Shown here: one piece after another, positions 63,611-64,000 of the stretch
Layout: each line of letters begins with the position of its first letter
Numbering within the stretch: position 1 is the first letter of the stretch
Assembly: GCA_013239625.1 (NCBI GenBank)
Contig: MU054391.1
Location: forward strand, 7,783,095 to 7,847,094
Length of the DNA: 64,000 nt
Direction: 5' to 3'
From: Lama guanicoe
Lineage: Eukaryota
The notes under the pieces: generated by a model
What the model was told of the DNA's origin: nothing
Database searches by the model: none
What the model saw: only the letters and a program-made list of their open reading frames with translations
Position numbers and translations under genes: made by a program

Positions 63611-64000
63611 TTCACTGTGCTGTGTTGTATCACATAATCTCTAAATTTAATACCATCTCAGACTTAAGCAATCATTTTGAGATGTTTATGGAGCTTAACA
63701 TTTGAGCCCAGTATTTATCTGGATCCTTAAATGTCTAAGAATATGATTGAAAAACATCGGGAAGAAAAGGAAGACAAAAGTGGGACACTCACATCACCCA
63801 TTCACACACGCTGATTAAAACAGTGTTGGCACTCTGGTAAGACGCAAGGTAATAAAATAAAGATTACAGAAAATGATCCATTTTACATATGAGTGCTTAG
63901 TATATTTTGAAGCTAATAATTCAAATCATCAGAGAAGAATAAACTACGGAGCAAAGACATTAGCTATCAAGATAGAGTCCTATTTCACAAGGTATGGAAT

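Overview
Mammalian non-coding genomic DNA. It is most likely camelid (Camelus/Vicugna/Lama). The basis is two tRNA-derived SINEs of the camelid Vic-1 type, camelid-like L1 3' ends, and no Alu, BovB, PRE1, ERE1 or Can-SINE that I could see. The window reads as a gene desert or large intron. Much of it is ancient MIR and L2 relics, ERVL-MaLR (MLT1) and ERVL (MLT2) LTRs, a solo ERV1-type LTR, L1 fragments, MER5-like DNA transposon relics and microsatellites. These are separated by repeat-free islands dense in transcription-factor motifs (candidate enhancers). None of the listed ORFs looks like a real protein; the only recognisable coding signal is decayed L1 ORF2. The single gene-like candidate is a possible minus-strand terminal exon with 3'UTR at about 62460-63332, and I cannot name the gene. 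I found no credible new biological system. The best observations are structural: 5'-inverted (twin-primed) L1s, nested insertions with intact TSDs, a MIR-derived 34-bp minisatellite whose junctions create octamer sites, and a GGTCA/GCGTG motif cluster. Repeat family names come from recalled consensus resemblance, and boundaries without a TSD are approximate.
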